NCBI GenBank assembly: GCA_041937175.2
Contig: CP166615.1
Location: forward strand, 1,472,001-1,536,000
DNA from: Limnothrix sp. BL-A-16
Lineage (GTDB): Bacteria > Cyanobacteriota > Cyanobacteriia > CACIAM-69d
Direction: 5' to 3'
Length of the DNA: 64,000 bases
The translations under genes were made by a program, and so were the position numbers. Position 1 is the first letter of the stretch, and every line of letters starts with the position of its first letter. Of the stretch, positions 60,483 through 64,000 are shown one piece after another. The notes beneath the pieces were generated by a model that was given only the letters and a program-made list of their open reading frames with translations, searched no databases and was not told the DNA's origin.

Positions 60483-62018
60483 CTATTGCATTCGATCGAC
60501 AATGCGATATTGCACCGCTTCAGCCACGTGGCCCGGTTCAATTGTCTCGCTTTGTTCTAAATCCGCGATCGTTCGGGCCACTTTCAGGATCCGATCAGTC
60601 GCCCTTGCCGATAATCCTAACCGTCGAATTGCGTTTTCCAATAGCGATCGGGTCTGATCCGTCAGGGCACACCAGCGGCGAATCTGGCGGCTTTGCATTT
60701 CCGCATTGCATTGCACGGGCGATTGCGATTCCTCTTGGGCAAAGCGAGACTGGGCCACCTGCCGCGCCGCCAACACCCGATCGCGCACGGCCGCCGAGGG
60801 TTCCCCACCGCTCGATCGGGTCACCTCCTCCGGTTGCAGCCGATTCACCACCACCTGCAAATCAATCCGATCCATCAGCGGCCCCGACAGCTTGGCCCAA
60901 TAGCGTTGACGCTGCATGGGCGAGCAGGTACAGGCCTGCACCGAATCGCCATAATAGCCACAGGGACAAGGGTTGGTGCTGGCCACCAGGGTAAACCGCG
61001 CCGGAAATCGCACCGTTTGCCGGGCCCGGGAAATGGTCACGCAGCCTTCTTCGAGGGGTTGGCGCAAAAACTCCAGCACGTCCCGTTTAAATTCCGTTAG
61101 CTCATCCAAAAACAACACCCCTCGATGGGACAGGGAAATTTCTCCCGGTCGCGGAAAGCTGCCACCACCCACCAGCGAGGGGCCAGAGGCGGAATGGTGC
61201 GGACTGCGAAAGGGGCGATCGCGCACCAAGGTTCCCCGCTCTTTCAGCAAGCCAGCCACCGAATGAATGCGCGTCACCTCCAGGGCCTCCGCAAAGGTCA
61301 ACCGGGGCAAGATACCCGGCAGCCGCTGAGCCAGCATGGTTTTGCCACTCCCCGGCGGCCCCACAAAAATCAAATTATGACCACCAGCGGCGGCAATTTC
61401 CAACGCTCGCCGGGCCTGGGTTTGGCCCTTCACATCGGCCAAGTCCAACAACGCCAAGGGGTCGGGCGATCGCCCTTCTGGGGGCGGTTGATGCGGCGCG
61501 ATCGTTTGCGGTTGGTTCAAAAACCGCGCCACCTCCGACAAATGCTCAAACCCATAAACCTGTAGCTCCCGCACGATCGCCGCTTCGTCCGCATTGGTCG
61601 CCGGTAACACCAAGCCCACAATGCCCAATTGAGCCGCCGCCGCCGCGATCGCTAACACGCCCGTCACTGGCCGCAAGGCTCCATCCAGCGCCACTTCTCC
61701 CACAAACAAGTGATCCCCCAACAGGGCCGCGCTCACTTGTCCAGAGGCGGCCAAAATTCCCACCCCGATCGCCAGGTCAAAACTCGGCCCCTCTTTCCGC
61801 AAATCGGCCGGAGCCAAATTCACCACGATTTTGCGCATGGGATAGGTAAATCCGGCATTTTTCAGGGCGGCTTTCACCCGTTCGCGAGATTCTTGCACCG
61901 CCGTATCCGGTAGCCCCACGATCGCAATTCCCGGCATCCCATTGGAGACATCCACCTCCACCCCCACCTTCACCGGGTCGATGCCCACCAAGGCCGCACT
62001 CCATACTCGGGCTAACAT
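60483..62018 (-). CDS. comM: YifB/ComM Mg-chelatase-like AAA+ ATPase
   Basis: VGLPD..VQESRER, NLAPADLRK, GPPGSGKT, RSPHH, LFLDE, NPCPCG, GPLMDRID. Confidence 0.93.
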   Translation of the reverse strand: MLARVWSAALVGIDPVKVGVEVDVSNGMPGIAIVGLPDTAVQESRERVKAALKNAGFTYPMRKIVVNLAPADLRKEGPSFDLAIGVGILAASGQVSAALLGDHLFVGEVALDGALRPVTGVLAIAAAAAQLGIVGLVLPATNADEAAIVRELQVYGFEHLSEVARFLNQPQTIAPHQPPPEGRSPDPLALLDLADVKGQTQARRALEIAAAGGHNLIFVGPPGSGKTMLAQRLPGILPRLTFAEALEVTRIHSVAGLLKERGTLVRDRPFRSPHHSASGPSLVGGGSFPRPGEISLSHRGVLFLDELTEFKRDVLEFLRQPLEEGCVTISRARQTVRFPARFTLVASTNPCPCGYYGDSVQACTCSPMQRQRYWAKLSGPLMDRIDLQVVVNRLQPEEVTRSSGGEPSAAVRDRVLAARQVAQSRFAQEESQSPVQCNAEMQSRQIRRWCALTDQTRSLLENAIRRLGLSARATDRILKVARTIADLEQSETIEPGHVAEAVQYRIVDRMQ

Positions 62019-62653
62019 CGATTCCCGATCGCCTCACATTTTTGTGCAAAATCCAGGCTTTAGTGTATCAGCAGCGCCGGTCTCTCGCGAAACGATCTAA
62101 TTCACTTGTTGGTTCATGATCAGTTGGTTTCTATCTTTAAATACTCAAAGAGCGTTTGCCGAATAACTCACGCTGAGTATCTTTATTGCCCAATTTGACT
62201 ATTAATTTGACTACTAGTTTGATTGCTAATTTAGTAATTGATTTTTGCTTCAATTCTTGTCAATTCATTTTACTGAATCAAGTTACTGATCAAATGAAGA
62301 AATAACTCGATGAATAAACCAATCATTACTCAATTATGGTTCGCTGGTCGCAATCATGGGTCAGTAATTCAGTAATCAAGGATTTTTTCAGGTATCAAAA
62401 CGCACCCAGTATTAATATTTCTTGACACAATCGAATTGAACTGATGGCCACAGGAATTCGCTGGATTGATTCCTTCAGCATGGCCCCCTTGATAGACGGA
62501 ATCTTTCGCCATTTCCAGGAACTTGGATTACCGTAAAGCGAAGACGCAATCTTTCCTGTGGCAGTTTCGTTCCCGTCCTGGGCCACAGATCCGAATTCTG
62601 CAACCTTGAGCTTTGAACACCAAAGCCATCCTGGCGATCGCGAATCAGTTCCT

Positions 62654-64000
62654 ATGGTCAGCTCAGAAATTCCACTGACACAAGTTTCATCTCAGTCCCT
62701 ACCCTTACCCGTGCGCCGCAAGTTTCGTCTCCGTACCACCCTGGTTTTGCCCTTTTTAGTCGAATTAGTAACCGCCGTGGGGTTGGTGGGTTGGCTGTCG
62801 TTTCGGAGCGGCCAAGAAGCAGTACGAGATTTAGCCAGTCAATTGCGCAATGAAGTGACTGCCAGGGTGAGCGATCGGGTGCGATCGTATGTGGAAACTC
62901 CCCAGTTAGTGAATCAGGTTAATCGCGACGCGATCGAACTGGGTATTATTGATCTGCAAAAAATTGCCGAAGCAAGAACTTATTTTTGGCGACAAACCAT
63001 CACCTACAAAAATATTGGCTATGTGGGGTTTGCCAATCAACAGGGACAATATTTACGGGTGGGTTGGATCAATCGCCTGTCCGCAACCGAAACGCCCCAA
63101 ATTGCTGAGCAACTCATTCCCGGTGGCGGCAACTTAAACTATTACGAAATTGACGACAAAGGACAACGAGCTAAGTTAGCCAAAAGCGTGCCTAACTATG
63201 ATGTGCGCAAACGGCCCTTTTACGAAGTGGCTTTCAAGGCTGGGAAACCCACCTGGAGCAAAATTTATCTCAACTTCGGAAATCCCCTGTTGCAGATTAA
63301 TGCCAGCCTGCCCATTTACGATCGCAATGGGCAGCCTGCGGGTATCTTAACCAGTCAATTTGGCACGGATCAGATTCGCGGCTTTTTGCAGACTTTGCAA
63401 GTTGGTAAAACGGGTCAGGTTTTTATTGTTGAACCCAGCGGCGAACTGGTGGCCACTTCCTTGAAAAATCAACCCCTTTGGGTTGAACAATCCCAGAAAG
63501 CCAAAAAAGAACTACAACGGGTTCATGCGCTCCAAAGTAATAATCAGCTTTTGCGATCGAGCGCTGAATTCCTATACGGTCAATTTGATCAACTCTCCAA
63601 TATTCATCGCGATCATCAGTTTGAATTTTGGCTGAATAATGAACGTCAATTCCTGCAAATTTCGCCCTTCAAGGATGCCTATGGCTTGAATTGGCTGATT
63701 GTGGTGGTGGTTCCCGAATCGGATTTCATGGCCAAAATTAATGAAAACACCAGAAACACGATCGCCCTTTGCTTTTTGGCGCTTTTAGTTTCGGTTCCAA
63801 TCGGAATTTTAACGGCCCGTTGGATTACCCAGCCCATTTGCCGAATTGCCCAAGCTTCGGGAGAGATGGCCAAGGGCAATTTAGAGCAAACCGTTGCCAG
63901 CAGCCCGATCATTGAAGTCGATCGCCTGGCGGATGCTTTCAACAGCATGGCCACCCAACTTCAGCAGTCCTTTGAAGAATTGGAGCAGCGGGTGGAACGG
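62654..64000 (+). CDS. Cache-HAMP membrane sensor, 5' part; the output domain lies beyond the window
   Basis: Read by hand: MVSSEIP...LVLPFLVELVTAVGLVGWLSF...YDVRKRPFY...WLIVVVVPESDFM...LADAFNSMATQL; open to the window end. Confidence 0.85.
   Translation, partial: MVSSEIPLTQVSSQSLPLPVRRKFRLRTTLVLPFLVELVTAVGLVGWLSFRSGQEAVRDLASQLRNEVTARVSDRVRSYVETPQLVNQVNRDAIELGIIDLQKIAEARTYFWRQTITYKNIGYVGFANQQGQYLRVGWINRLSATETPQIAEQLIPGGGNLNYYEIDDKGQRAKLAKSVPNYDVRKRPFYEVAFKAGKPTWSKIYLNFGNPLLQINASLPIYDRNGQPAGILTSQFGTDQIRGFLQTLQVGKTGQVFIVEPSGELVATSLKNQPLWVEQSQKAKKELQRVHALQSNNQLLRSSAEFLYGQFDQLSNIHRDHQFEFWLNNERQFLQISPFKDAYGLNWLIVVVVPESDFMAKINENTRNTIALCFLALLVSVPIGILTARWITQPICRIAQASGEMAKGNLEQTVASSPIIEVDRLADAFNSMATQLQQSFEELEQRVER

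Larger units (their letters stand above)
1..64000. repeat. HIP1 (GCGATCGC, core CGATCG) dispersed across the window
   Basis: Very frequent in backbone genes; apparently absent from about 35.02-37.98 kb and 42.8-44.0 kb. Confidence 0.9.

Overview
A 64 kb chromosomal window from a cyanobacterium. The assignment rests on very frequent HIP1 GCGATCGC/CGATCG sites and on cyanobacterial-type proA, HU, futB, hpsP, ruvB, putA, ribF, mlaD, alr and comM genes. The backbone is mostly housekeeping and signalling genes. I found no rRNA, tRNA, CRISPR array, integrase or transposase. Four things stand out. (1) At 19.2-25.2 kb there is a co-oriented trio: a DASS/SLC13 transporter fused to a cNMP-binding domain, a solute-binding protein with no ABC partners, and a Cache-HAMP class III nucleotide cyclase. 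Both the cyclase base-specifying residue and the cNMP phosphate-binding cassette are non-canonical. (2) At about 29.5-44.2 kb, around putA, there is an accessory gene-cassette zone (MNT-HEPN toxin-antitoxin pair, fused restriction-modification gene, Uma2, XisH/I, GST, amylase, broken O-methyltransferase, desaturase). Its junctions are marked by 150-, 39- and 46-bp direct repeats that end at or contain HIP1-core sites, which suggests HIP1-anchored gene capture. (3) There are four copies of a 131-bp MITE with IS5-like ends and a centred 20-bp palindrome. (4) Degenerate 12-15-bp tandem arrays are pervasive in intergenic DNA and inside genes. All product calls come from motif recognition by eye; no database searches were run.
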